Part shown: positions 55,343-64,000 of the stretch, piece after piece
Layout: every line of letters begins with the position of its first letter
Position numbering within the stretch: the first letter of the stretch is position 1
Virus record (IMG/VR): IMGVR_UViG_2908446538_000001
Span: 9,053-73,052 of that record
DNA from: a virus
Taxonomy: Duplodnaviria > Caudoviricetes
Strand: one strand, 5' to 3'
DNA: 64,000 nucleotides
The notes under the pieces: model-generated
Database searches by the model: none
Told to the model about the DNA's origin: nothing
Seen by the model: only the letters and a program-made list of their open reading frames with translations
Made by a program: the position numbers and the translations under genes

Positions 55343-56067
55343 GTGAGCCAAAAGCGAGTTTGTTGCCGGCCAATAGTTCGCCGCTGGAAAAGGCGTTGGA
55401 TTTGGGGTTTGGCAAGTTGTTGGACCGCGTGATGCCGCCGTTTCCGGCGTTGATGAATCCGCTGCAAACCCCGAGCGAGTTTCTTCCTTATCTGGCCGCC
55501 GATCGTGGTGTCAGCGAGTGGGATGCGGACGCCATCGAGGAAGAAAAGCGCCTGACGGTGGCCTTGTCCTGGCAGATCCAGCGCCAGGCGGGTACGCCCA
55601 AGGCCCTGAATTATGCCGTGGAGTCACTGGGTTTCACCCCAAACATCAGCGCCTGGTATCAACAGCGGCCGTTGGGTTTGCCCTACACGTTCGACGTGCA
55701 GGCAATCATCGGGCGCAGTTGGTCCAGCGGTGATCACAATCGACTGATCCGCCGAGTCAATGCCGCACAAAGTGAGCGTGACCAAGCGACGATCACAATC
55801 GTGCATGAAACCTCTCAGGGGTTCCGGCTCGCCGCGGCGGCTGATCCGGGGCTGAGCATTCGGGATGACAGCCAGCCGGGTGCCTTGCCCGAGGTGAAGC
55901 TACACAGCATCACGTCCATTAGCAGCGCAGCCCACACACCACTGACGGATGGCGAGTTGCAGCTGGGAGGCGTATTGCCTGAATTCGGGCTAGCCGCCCG
56001 GCTTAACAGTGCCGGTTTTGCCCGGTACTTCACTATTAACGACTACGACCTCAGGGCGCAGCCATGA
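55339..56067 (+). CDS. Tail protein I-like baseplate protein
   Basis: LLPANSSPLEKAL...FLPYLAADRGV.EWD...GTPKAL. Confidence 0.88.
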   Translation: MSEPKASLLPANSSPLEKALDLGFGKLLDRVMPPFPALMNPLQTPSEFLPYLAADRGVSEWDADAIEEEKRLTVALSWQIQRQAGTPKALNYAVESLGFTPNISAWYQQRPLGLPYTFDVQAIIGRSWSSGDHNRLIRRVNAAQSERDQATITIVHETSQGFRLAAAADPGLSIRDDSQPGALPEVKLHSITSISSAAHTPLTDGELQLGGVLPEFGLAARLNSAGFARYFTINDYDLRAQP

Positions 56068-56597
56068 CAGATGACATTACGCGCCTGGTGCGCTTCACCT
56101 CCAAGGGTTTGGATGAAGTGCTGCAGGCAAAGAACCAAGGCTTGAAAGGCGAAATCACCCACGTCGGCGCTGGCACCGGCCGCTACAACCCCGATGGCAC
56201 AGAAGTGGCCTTGCGCGATGAGCGCCAGCGGGTCGCCATCGTGGATTACGAGGACCTTGGCGACCGACAACTCAGGATGGCTGCGCTGTTTGATGGCGAG
56301 GCTGAGTATGAAATTGGCGAATTCGGTTTTTACCTCGCCAGTGGGACCTTGCTGGCGGTGTATTCCGTAGCGGGGAAGTTGCTGACGTATAAAGCGGCAG
56401 CGGCGCGTGTACTGCAAAAGTTCACGTTGGATATTTCGCCGCTGCCAGCGAACAGCGTGACGATTGTGGTGGGGAGTGACAACCTCAATATTTTGTTGGG
56501 GGAGGATATCGCGGTACTGGCGACGGCGAATATCGACAACATGGCACGTCATACTGAATTGCTGTTTCGTGTGATGTCGTTGGAATCGCGCCGTTAA
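56064..56597 (+). CDS. Proximal tail fibre protein (DUF3751-like)
   Basis: FTSKG...ITHVGAGTG...IGEFGFYLASGTLLAVY. Confidence 0.85.
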   Translation: MTDDITRLVRFTSKGLDEVLQAKNQGLKGEITHVGAGTGRYNPDGTEVALRDERQRVAIVDYEDLGDRQLRMAALFDGEAEYEIGEFGFYLASGTLLAVYSVAGKLLTYKAAAARVLQKFTLDISPLPANSVTIVVGSDNLNILLGEDIAVLATANIDNMARHTELLFRVMSLESRR

Positions 56598-56622
56598 ACA
56601 TAACTAGTTCAGGAGTTTGAAT

Positions 56623-57261
56623 ATGAGTCTAGAAACGACTATTGCGTCGCTGGTGACAGCGGCGAATAACTTGACCACTTCGGTCAATGGAAAAATCGGC
56701 AGTATAAACTCGACGATGGCTGGCGCGTTGGCGCAGTTTAACGAATGGCGAAATCTCAAGGATGTTGAGGGGAGCGCTAATGCGATTGGCTCTGTACGGC
56801 GTAATATTTTTCAGGGGCATGTCTATACTACCGGTGGGATAGATGGGCTGGGTGCGCCTATGAGTGTTTTGTCGGACGGAGATTTCGAATCGACTGATTT
56901 GGGCGGTCTTGAAAAGGTATACGTGCATTTCAAGTTGCCATTGAATATTAACGTTAGTTCTGAAATGTTCTGGTTCAATATTCAGGGGTACAGCTACGGA
57001 ACCGCTAAAATTATTGATGAGACGGTGGTGGGGTATTGCTATAAGCCCAATAGGTCCATTATGAATGTTTCGACGTTTGGTAATATGACGCCCGCAGTTT
57101 ACGCGGATGCCAATGGGAACGTCGTAATGCGAATTCTGGTTCCAAATATCTATTATACGACTGTGCGGGTCGACACGATGAGAGTGGGTAATGGTCGGCT
57201 TTTTAATGTGGGCGAACTGAAGTCTAAGTTGTCGCGGACTGAAAACGTTGTATTTAACTGA
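56623..57261 (+). CDS. Distal fibre / receptor-binding protein
   Basis: MSLETTIASLVTAANNLT coiled start then beta-rich domain; markedly lower GC. Confidence 0.7.
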   Translation: MSLETTIASLVTAANNLTTSVNGKIGSINSTMAGALAQFNEWRNLKDVEGSANAIGSVRRNIFQGHVYTTGGIDGLGAPMSVLSDGDFESTDLGGLEKVYVHFKLPLNINVSSEMFWFNIQGYSYGTAKIIDETVVGYCYKPNRSIMNVSTFGNMTPAVYADANGNVVMRILVPNIYYTTVRVDTMRVGNGRLFNVGELKSKLSRTENVVFN

Positions 57262-57271
57262 GGTGACTAAT

Positions 57272-57529
57272 ATGTCCGATACAGCTATTGACCAGACCCA
57301 AACCGCGCCACTTGCGTTTCCGATGCCGGAAGTGGAGTGGGCCGCTACTCGTGCCCGTCGTGATCAATCTCTACGCGCCACCGATTTTACCCAGTTGCCG
57401 GACTATCCGGCCACCGACGCACAGCGTGCTGAAGTCGCGGCCTATCGCAAGGCATTGCGCGATATTCCTGAGCAGGCAAGTGACCCCTCGAAGCTGATAT
57501 GGCCCGCGCTGCCAGCCTTCCTGAAATAA
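57272..57529 (+). CDS. Tail fibre assembly chaperone
   Basis: RARRDQSLRATDFTQLPDYP...YRKALRDIPEQ...WP. Confidence 0.88.
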   Translation: MSDTAIDQTQTAPLAFPMPEVEWAATRARRDQSLRATDFTQLPDYPATDAQRAEVAAYRKALRDIPEQASDPSKLIWPALPAFLK

Positions 57530-57613
57530 CCCACCGCGAAAGCGGTTTTTTTTCGCCTCTCAAAGCCCCTCCCCGCAGGGGCTTTGGCGTTTTCCATTCG
57601 GAGAGTTCCAACC

Positions 57614-57787
57614 ATGCACAACCGCCAAACCTACACCGTCCTCATCCCATTCCCCATCGGAGGTGGCCATTGGTCCACCGCCGGCGAGGAGCTGGAACTG
57701 CTCGACGTCGAAGCATCCGCGCTACGCACCGCTGGCCGCCTGGAACTGACCAGCGTCCTCAACTCCACCCCCAAGAAGGCTGACTAA
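57614..57787 (+). CDS. Small tailocin protein
   Basis: 57 aa ORF with GGAGAG RBS immediately before sheath. Confidence 0.7.
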   Translation: MHNRQTYTVLIPFPIGGGHWSTAGEELELLDVEASALRTAGRLELTSVLNSTPKKAD

Positions 57788-57789
57788 CC

Positions 57790-58956
57790 ATGGCTGAGGT
57801 TCTTAACTTCGAGCACAACGGCATCACCGTGAATGCCACCGAATCCCCCGAGGCCATGGGTGGCCTTGGCGACAACGTCATCGGCCTGGTCGGCACCGCG
57901 CCGAATGCCCACGCGTCGATTCCAAAAAACGCGCCGTTTCGCATCAACAGCTTCACCACCCAGGCGCTGCTGGACCCCACCGGCGCCGAGGCGGGCACGC
58001 TGTTTCAGGCGGTGTACCAGATCCTTAAAGTGGTGAAGGTGCCGGTGTACGTGGTCATCGTGGAGGAGGGCGCAACCCCGGCCGACACGATCAATAACGT
58101 GATCGGCGGCAATGAGCCGACCACGGGCCGCAAGCTAGGCTTGGCAGCACTGAGCAGCGTGCCCGAAGACCTGACCATCATCGGCGCTCCCGGCTTCACC
58201 GGCACCAAGGCCGTGGCCGGTGAGTTCGCCTCTTTCGGCAAGCGCATCAAGGCCCGTGTGGTGCTGGATGGCAAGGACGTGTCCGTCGCCGACCAAGTGA
58301 CCTACAGCGGCGAGCTGGGCGGTGCCGAGCTCGGTTTCGACCGTTGCCTGGTGGTGCACAACATGCCGTCGGTGTATTCCAAGGCGGCGAAGAAAAACGT
58401 GTTCCTGGCGCCATCCTCGTTGGCCATCGCCGCGCTGGCCAAGGTCAAGCAGTGGGAAAGCCCAGGCAACCAGGTGACGTTCGCCGAGGACGTTTCCCGC
58501 GTGGTCGAGTACAACATCCTCGACACGTCTACCGAGGGCGACCTGCTTAACCGCTACGGCGTGAGCTACTACGCCCGCACCATTCTTGGCGGCTTTTCGC
58601 TGCTGGGTAACCGCTCCATCACCGGCAAGTTCATCAGCTACGTCGGCCTGGAAGATGCCATCAGCCGCAAGCTGGTCAAGGCCGGCCAGAAAGCCATGGC
58701 CAAGAACCTCACCAAGTCCTTCATGGACCAGGAGGTCAAGCGCATCAACGACTGGCTGCAAACCCTGGTCGCCGACGAAACCATTCCTGGCGGCAGCGTG
58801 TACCTGCACCCGGAACTCAACAGTGTCGAGAAGTACAAGAACGGCACCTGGTTCATTGTCATCGACTACGGCCGCTATGCGCCGAACGAACACATGATTT
58901 ATCAACTCAATGCCCGCGATGAAATCATCGAGCAGTTCCTGGAGGACGTTCTCTAA
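57790..58956 (+). CDS. Contractile tail sheath protein
   Basis: HNGITV...VIGLVGTAP...GFSLLGNRS. Confidence 0.95.
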   Translation: MAEVLNFEHNGITVNATESPEAMGGLGDNVIGLVGTAPNAHASIPKNAPFRINSFTTQALLDPTGAEAGTLFQAVYQILKVVKVPVYVVIVEEGATPADTINNVIGGNEPTTGRKLGLAALSSVPEDLTIIGAPGFTGTKAVAGEFASFGKRIKARVVLDGKDVSVADQVTYSGELGGAELGFDRCLVVHNMPSVYSKAAKKNVFLAPSSLAIAALAKVKQWESPGNQVTFAEDVSRVVEYNILDTSTEGDLLNRYGVSYYARTILGGFSLLGNRSITGKFISYVGLEDAISRKLVKAGQKAMAKNLTKSFMDQEVKRINDWLQTLVADETIPGGSVYLHPELNSVEKYKNGTWFIVIDYGRYAPNEHMIYQLNARDEIIEQFLEDVL

Positions 58957-59462
58957 TGTTTACCAACCGTGTAAGACAGGCCATTGCGGCCACCCTTCAA
59001 GGCCTGCCGTTGTCCGCGACCGTGGAGGAGTTCGACCCGCCGAAGATTGAATTCGAGATGGAAGCCATGTCCGGCGGGCGTTTTATCGCCGAAGAAATGG
59101 CCAAGAGCGGCAAAGTGCTCAACGCCACGCTGGTGCTGCAAGGCGCCGGCCCGGAAATCATGCTGGCCCTCGGCGTGCGCCTGGGTGATGACATCTTGCT
59201 GAACGTGCGTGAAGCCGGCCAGGACCAGGACGGCAAGACCTATTTCACTTATCACACCGTCGGCGGCAAGTTGAAATCCCTGGCCGAGGCCAAGCTGAAG
59301 ATGGGCGAGAAGGCCACCACCACGCTGGAGCTGTCCTGCCGCACCTACAACCGCCTGGAAAACGGCATTCCGGTGATCGACATCGATGTGCGTACCCAGA
59401 AGTTCGTGCTCAACGGTGTCGACATTCTCGGTGATGCGCGCCGCGCGGTGCTGATGCCGTAA
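58956..59462 (+). CDS. Tail tube protein (FII-like)
   Basis: EEFDPPKIEFE...VIDIDVRTQKFVLNGVDIL. Confidence 0.92.
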   Translation: MFTNRVRQAIAATLQGLPLSATVEEFDPPKIEFEMEAMSGGRFIAEEMAKSGKVLNATLVLQGAGPEIMLALGVRLGDDILLNVREAGQDQDGKTYFTYHTVGGKLKSLAEAKLKMGEKATTTLELSCRTYNRLENGIPVIDIDVRTQKFVLNGVDILGDARRAVLMP

Positions 59463-59493
59463 GGACGACCGTGGTTTGAAGTGGGCACAGTCA

Positions 59494-59581
59494 TGTGGGA
59501 GCCGGGCTTGCCCGCGATGCAGGCGACTCGGTGTGCCTGGTGTACCCAGGTGATGCCATCGCAGGCAAGCCAGCTCCCACA
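59494..59581. repeat. Pseudomonas REP doublet
   Basis: TGTGGGAGCCGGGCTTGCCCGCGATG ... CATCGCAGGCAAGCCAGCTCCCACA inverted pair. Confidence 0.9.
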
Positions 59582-59633
59582 TTGATTGGCCTCGCTCTGA
59601 GATTTTCATACATGTTCAACAAGGAATTGCCCC

Positions 59634-60206
59634 ATGGCCTGGATGCCACCGCTGCATATTCTGCTGTCTCCGATCACCGCCGACACTGGCGCGACGATCC
59701 AGCAGATTCAACTCAAACCGCTGTTCTACGCCGCGCAGAAAGCCGCGCTGGCCCGGGCCGGTGATGACGAGGACGACCAGTTTTTTGAACTGGCGAAACT
59801 CGCCACCGGCCTGTCGGAAAAAGAGCTCGACCAGCTCAAGCGCCCGGACTACGTGAGCATCGCTCAGTACGTACACGAAATGTCGACGCGCCCTGCGTCG
59901 TTCTTCCTGGATGCGCACGAAGAGGCGACCCACGACCAGCCGGTCCAACTCCTTTTGCCCCTCGACGCAGCCGGTCGCACCCTGACCGAACTGCCCCTGG
60001 AAATGCCCGCCCTGCGCGCCACCAAGGTGATGAAAAAACTCGCCACCAACAAAGAACGCGCCGAGTTCATCACTGCGCACTGCAGCGGCTTGATGCTCCC
60101 CGACCTGGCCGGCCTGACCGTGCCCGACTGGACGCAACTGCAGGAGCGCATCGACGATTTTTTAAATCAACCGGCGGACTTCTTTCGGAGCGCGACATCG
60201 AAGTAA
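59634..60206 (+). CDS. Tail assembly chaperone (gpE-like)
   Basis: Follows tube; duplicated internal motif; slippery site near end. Confidence 0.85.
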   Translation: MAWMPPLHILLSPITADTGATIQQIQLKPLFYAAQKAALARAGDDEDDQFFELAKLATGLSEKELDQLKRPDYVSIAQYVHEMSTRPASFFLDAHEEATHDQPVQLLLPLDAAGRTLTELPLEMPALRATKVMKKLATNKERAEFITAHCSGLMLPDLAGLTVPDWTQLQERIDDFLNQPADFFRSATSK

Positions 60207-60328
60207 TCCTCGATGTAGTGCCGCTGATTTACTCGGTCAATGAGGCGGAAATCCTCGACTGGGACGCCGGAAAAGCATTGCGCCGCTACGACATTGCGAT
60301 CTCTCGCCTTGGCGTCAAACAGGAGTAA
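60158..60328 (+). CDS. -1 frameshift extension (gpE'-like) starting at T TTT TTA
   Basis: In-frame heptamer 60158-60164; -1 frame open to TAA 60326, ending ...EAEILDWDAGKALRRYDIAISRLGVKQE. Confidence 0.75.
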   Translation, partial: FFKSTGGLLSERDIEVILDVVPLIYSVNEAEILDWDAGKALRRYDIAISRLGVKQE

Positions 60329-60333
60329 GCGGG

Positions 60334-61812
60334 ATGCAAGAGACTCAATTTCAGACCAGGCTTGCTCAGGAAGACAAACGTTGGCTGCTGGGCGATGCGG
60401 ACCTCGGCCGTGTGCTGGCACCGTTTTCCGCAGACCTTGCTGCGCCGGTCAGTCTGGAGGCTTCGGCGCCGCAGGTGTCGCCGCAACAGGCGCTGACCAC
60501 GGCGCTGGACAACGTCAGCGTGGACATCAAAGTCCTGACGCTGGAGCAAGTCCAGTTGCGCGAAACGCTGGAGACGCTCAACAGCACGCTGTTCATTACC
60601 GAAAATTCGCGGCTGACCCAGACGGCGGATGTTGGCACTGGAGCCACCCATAGCAAGCAGGAAAAACCTGTACCCGCTCCCCGTTCCTGGAGCGACCAGG
60701 GCCTTGAAATGGGCGCGGACGCGGCTAAGTTTGTGGGCAAGGAGCTGCTCTCCGGTTTGTGGGATAAGGCCAAGGATCGGCTTTCAGGCAACGCGCTTGA
60801 TGCCGTGGCTGACAAGTTTCCAACGGCCGCCAAGTGGCTTAAAGAGGGCAAGGACAAGGACGGTAGCAAAGGCAAGGAGTGCTGCTGCACAGGAGCGCTT
60901 CCTGCTGATATCCGTGGCCCACTGGAGACGGCGACTGCACAGTTGCCTGAAAGTGTGGGCGAGACCACCCGGGAGAACGACAAGGCCCGCTCCAAAAAAG
61001 CCAATAAAAAGGGGCCGCGCGGCAAGCGTAGCAAGACCACTCAATCAAGATCACGCACGGTCAAAACCATCAAGGTCAGCAAATCAGCGGAGGTCAAATC
61101 GCAACGTTCCGCCAACGCGGGCAAGGCCGCGCCCCCGATCAACGTCATGGGCCAGCCGCAGCTTCCCTTCGACAGCAGACGGGTGGGCCAGGCCTCGTCC
61201 CATCTTCCCGGTCATTCGTTCGCGTCCTCTGCTGCACCCTCAACAGCCCTTCCCTTCGCTCGCGGTGCGAGCAAAGGCGTGGCAGCAGGGCTGCCGGGTG
61301 TACTGGCCAAACTTGAATCTTCCGCCGCCCGCCGCCTGGGCCCTTTGAAGTATGTCGACACCGCCATGGATGTGGCCCAGGGCATACGCAACGGCGACGC
61401 CAAAGCCGTCGGTGCCGGCCTCACCACCGCCGGTGGCGCCTGGGCTGGAGCCTCTGCTGGCGCCGCGATCGGCACGCTGATTTTTCCCGGCGTCGGCACC
61501 GCTGTCGGTGGCGCAATCGGCGGTTTGCTCGGCAGTGAGGCGGGCAGTTGGCTGGGCGATAAAGTGTTCGGCCAAAGTGATCGCTTGCCTGCGCCGACTG
61601 CGGTGAGCAAAGAACTTAATAGTGCGCGCGCGGACAGCGTGCAAGTCACCCTCGCACCGAGTATCCAGATCACCGGGGTCAACCCCGCCGATGCCCAGCA
61701 GGTCGTCAATCAAGTGATCCAGGCCCTGCAATTCCAGTGCATGCCGATGGTCACTGACGCCCTCGGTATCCGGCGCAACGTGGCACTGGCTGATCCTTCA
61801 GGAGGTGATTGA
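60334..61812 (+). CDS. Tape measure-like protein
   Basis: Position; C-terminal GAWAGASAGAAIGT...GAIGGLLG glycine zipper. Confidence 0.75.
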   Translation: MQETQFQTRLAQEDKRWLLGDADLGRVLAPFSADLAAPVSLEASAPQVSPQQALTTALDNVSVDIKVLTLEQVQLRETLETLNSTLFITENSRLTQTADVGTGATHSKQEKPVPAPRSWSDQGLEMGADAAKFVGKELLSGLWDKAKDRLSGNALDAVADKFPTAAKWLKEGKDKDGSKGKECCCTGALPADIRGPLETATAQLPESVGETTRENDKARSKKANKKGPRGKRSKTTQSRSRTVKTIKVSKSAEVKSQRSANAGKAAPPINVMGQPQLPFDSRRVGQASSHLPGHSFASSAAPSTALPFARGASKGVAAGLPGVLAKLESSAARRLGPLKYVDTAMDVAQGIRNGDAKAVGAGLTTAGGAWAGASAGAAIGTLIFPGVGTAVGGAIGGLLGSEAGSWLGDKVFGQSDRLPAPTAVSKELNSARADSVQVTLAPSIQITGVNPADAQQVVNQVIQALQFQCMPMVTDALGIRRNVALADPSGGD

Positions 61813-62195
61813 TGCGACAACAAATGGTTCTCGGCGACTTTATCTTTGGCCTGTCTCGAGGCTTTGCCTATTCGTCGCTGGTGCGTACCAACGACGGCGG
61901 CTGGAGTGATTTGACGATTATTGCCAGCAAGCCTCAGTCGCGCCAGAGCGGTCAGAAGCTGGAAAAGCTCACGTTCAGCGGCACGGCGATGTACGCCGTT
62001 GGCATGCAACGCTTGGACGAATTGCGTGCACTGCAAAATGCGCGGGCGCCGCTTCCCCTGGTCGATGGCATCGGCCGCAACTGGGGGCTGTGGCGGATCA
62101 ATTCGGTGGTCGAAACCCAGAGCAATGTGATCGATGACGGCACCGCCATGGTCATGGCCTGGACCCTTGAACTGGAGGAATTCGTCAATGCGTAG
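61812..62195 (+). CDS. Tail protein U-like
   Basis: MVLGDFIF...PLPLVDGIGRNWGLWRI. Confidence 0.9.
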   Translation: MRQQMVLGDFIFGLSRGFAYSSLVRTNDGGWSDLTIIASKPQSRQSGQKLEKLTFSGTAMYAVGMQRLDELRALQNARAPLPLVDGIGRNWGLWRINSVVETQSNVIDDGTAMVMAWTLELEEFVNA

Positions 62196-62400
62196 AGTGC
62201 GAAGTATTGCCGGTGATTCGGTCAACCTGCTGCTCTATCGCGAGTTGGGGCGATGTGATGACGCGGCGGAAGAGACCCTGTGGCGCCACAACCCTTTGCT
62301 TGCCGAATATGGCCCGGTGCTGCCGGCGGGTGTGTGGGTGATCGTGCCGGAAATGCAAGCGCGGCCCGCTGCCGTGCGACCCATTCTGGCCTGGGATTAA
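62188..62400 (+). CDS. Tail protein X-like (LysM-like)
   Basis: GDSVNLLLYRELG...NP.LAEYGPVLPAGV. Confidence 0.9.
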   Translation: MRRVRSIAGDSVNLLLYRELGRCDDAAEETLWRHNPLLAEYGPVLPAGVWVIVPEMQARPAAVRPILAWD

Positions 62401-62409
62401 GGAGGCTGC

Positions 62410-63420
62410 ATGGCACAGGGATTTACCCCGATCGTGGAGTTTTATGGCGCCAACGCGGCGCTGCTCAATCAACGTCTGATGCACTGGAGCCACACCGACG
62501 CTGCGGGCATTGAGGCTGACCGGCTGGAGCTGACGCTCAATATCGAAGGGCTCGAGGGTTTGCCCAGCCTGAACGGCAAGATCGGCCTGCGTGTCGGTTA
62601 TGTGGAATCAGGCTTGGTGGAAAAGGGCGAGTTTGTCGTCAGCCAACGTACGCCCGTGCTGTTTCCCATGCGCTTGATGGTCGTGGCCACTGCCGCGCCC
62701 TTCAGCGTTGCGGACGCCAGCGGCTATCGCCAGCGTCGGTCAGCCAGTTACGGGCCGACCACCCTCGGCGCACTGTTTCGCCAACTGGTCAGCCGTCACG
62801 GCTATTCACCGCGTGTGGCGCCGGCCCTGGAGGGCATTGCCATCGCGCATATCGACCAGTCCAACGAAAGCGACATGGCGTTTATTTCGCGTCTGGCCAG
62901 GCTCTACCGTGCAGTCACCAAACCGATTAACGAACTGTATGTGTTGGCCGAAGCCGGTCGGGTCAATTCGCTCTCCGGCCAGCTACTGCCGGACGTGAAG
63001 CTGTCTGTCACCCAGGACAACCGCCCCGGTGAGCAGAGCTTCATCACCGCCAAACTCGACGAAAAGTCCCGCGCAAAATACGAAGGTTGTCGCGCCAGCT
63101 GGTGGGATGCCGGCGCCGGCAAGCAGCGCGTGGTTCAAGTCGGCAATGCGCCGTTCAAAACCTTGCGCCAACGCTACCAGAACGAAGCCGAGGCCCGCGC
63201 GGTGGCAGAAGGTGAGCTACGCCGTGTGGGGCGTGAAAAGCTGCAATTGCTGATCGATTGCCCAGGCAATCCATTGTTGGCCGCCGAAGGTCTGTTAGTG
63301 CTGGATGAGAGCTGGCCGTCTTATATGCAGGGGCGCTGGTCGATAAAACAAGTGGTGCATGTTGGCGATCCAGCCACGGGATACCGCAGTTCGATCACGG
63401 CGAGCGGGTTGTCGAAATAG
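62410..63420 (+). CDS. Late control D / baseplate hub protein
   Basis: ADRLELTL...HIDQSNESDMAFISRLAR. Confidence 0.92.
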   Translation: MAQGFTPIVEFYGANAALLNQRLMHWSHTDAAGIEADRLELTLNIEGLEGLPSLNGKIGLRVGYVESGLVEKGEFVVSQRTPVLFPMRLMVVATAAPFSVADASGYRQRRSASYGPTTLGALFRQLVSRHGYSPRVAPALEGIAIAHIDQSNESDMAFISRLARLYRAVTKPINELYVLAEAGRVNSLSGQLLPDVKLSVTQDNRPGEQSFITAKLDEKSRAKYEGCRASWWDAGAGKQRVVQVGNAPFKTLRQRYQNEAEARAVAEGELRRVGREKLQLLIDCPGNPLLAAEGLLVLDESWPSYMQGRWSIKQVVHVGDPATGYRSSITASGLSK

Positions 63421-63442
63421 ATAATTTTAAAGAGTAGAACCA

Positions 63443-64000
63443 ATGCTGATAACACTCCCTCAACTGCTGGGTGTGATGCCGGGAGCCCGCCTTAACGCGG
63501 GCGTTTTTTTAGCCCCCTTGAATGCAGCGTTTGCGCGTTACGCGATTAACACGGCCAAACGCGTTGCCGCCTTCCTCGCCCAGGTCGGTCACGAGTCCGG
63601 CGAACTGCGCTACGTGCGCGAGCTGGGCAGCGATCAATACCTCAGCAAATACGACACCGGCACCTTGGCCGCGCGCCTGGGCAACACCCCCGAGGCGGAC
63701 GGCGACGGCCAGCAGTATCGAGGCCGGGGGCTGATCCAGATTACCGGGCGGCGTAATTATCTGGCCTGCAGCCAGGCGCTGTTTGGCGACGATCGGCTGT
63801 TGCGCCAGCCCGAGCTGCTGGAGCAGCCGCAATGGGCATGTGAATCCGCGGCGTGGTTCTGGCAGAGCAACGGTTTGAACGAACTCGCCGACAAGGACCA
63901 GTTCACCACCATCACCCGGCGCATCAATGGCGGGCTGAACGGGCTGGAGGACCGTCTGCAGATGTGGACACGGGCCAGGGTGGTGCTAGGCGTTTCTTAG
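63443..64000 (+). CDS. Glycoside hydrolase family 19 lysin
   Basis: AAFLAQVGHESG, YRGRGLIQITGR.NY, ITRRINGGLNG. Confidence 0.95.
   Translation: MLITLPQLLGVMPGARLNAGVFLAPLNAAFARYAINTAKRVAAFLAQVGHESGELRYVRELGSDQYLSKYDTGTLAARLGNTPEADGDGQQYRGRGLIQITGRRNYLACSQALFGDDRLLRQPELLEQPQWACESAAWFWQSNGLNELADKDQFTTITRRINGGLNGLEDRLQMWTRARVVLGVS

Larger units (their letters stand above)
51181..64000 (+). mobile_element. R-type tailocin (phage-tail bacteriocin) cluster
   Basis: prtR, holin, baseplate, fibre, sheath, tube, tape measure, gpU/X/D, GH19 lysin; no capsid, terminase or replication genes; mutS-adjacent locus. Confidence 0.92.

Noticed and set aside
60334-61812. Tape measure gene as a pseudogene
   Set aside because: Low-complexity and short, but the frame is continuous and abuts gpU normally; no frameshift evidence
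1-64000. CRISPR array, tRNA/rRNA genes, reverse transcriptase/DGR, IS transposase
   Set aside because: No regularly spaced repeat-spacer units, cloverleafs, YxDD-type RT or DDE ORF seen; the 10471-10591 repeats are origin iterons

Overview
Pseudomonas (fluorescens-group-like) chromosome segment with three parts. (1) 1-~45,683: most of a lambdoid siphovirus prophage (early-left genes, lysogen-expressed accessory genes, cI/cro, replication, nin, Q, late morons, packaging, head, long non-contractile tail, lysis). Its right junction falls inside the first ~18 codons of mutS; the integrase, attL and the body of mutS should lie left of the window. (2) ~45,740-51,100: the mutS-tailocin intergenic hotspot, with a C4 antisense RNA/leader-peptide/DUF3077 module, an AT-richer two-gene operon (helical protein + restriction-endonuclease-like protein, a candidate defence system) and an Imm33-like orphan. 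(3) 51,181-64,000: an R-type tailocin cluster from prtR and holin through baseplate, fibres, sheath, tube and tape measure to a GH19 lysin. Top observations: the two-gene operon; a late-region ORF built from four segments of the phage's own tail-tip J protein in exactly reversed order; an Acb2 anti-CBASS homologue; the mutS interruption; a tripartite toxin-antitoxin-like operon; a GGA-hairpin (Rsm-like) RNA leader in front of the tailocin genes; and a P22 immI-like mnt/arc/sar/ant module. All calls come from reading the sequence and recalling protein/RNA families; no database searches or folding programs were run, and start sites were adjusted by eye.
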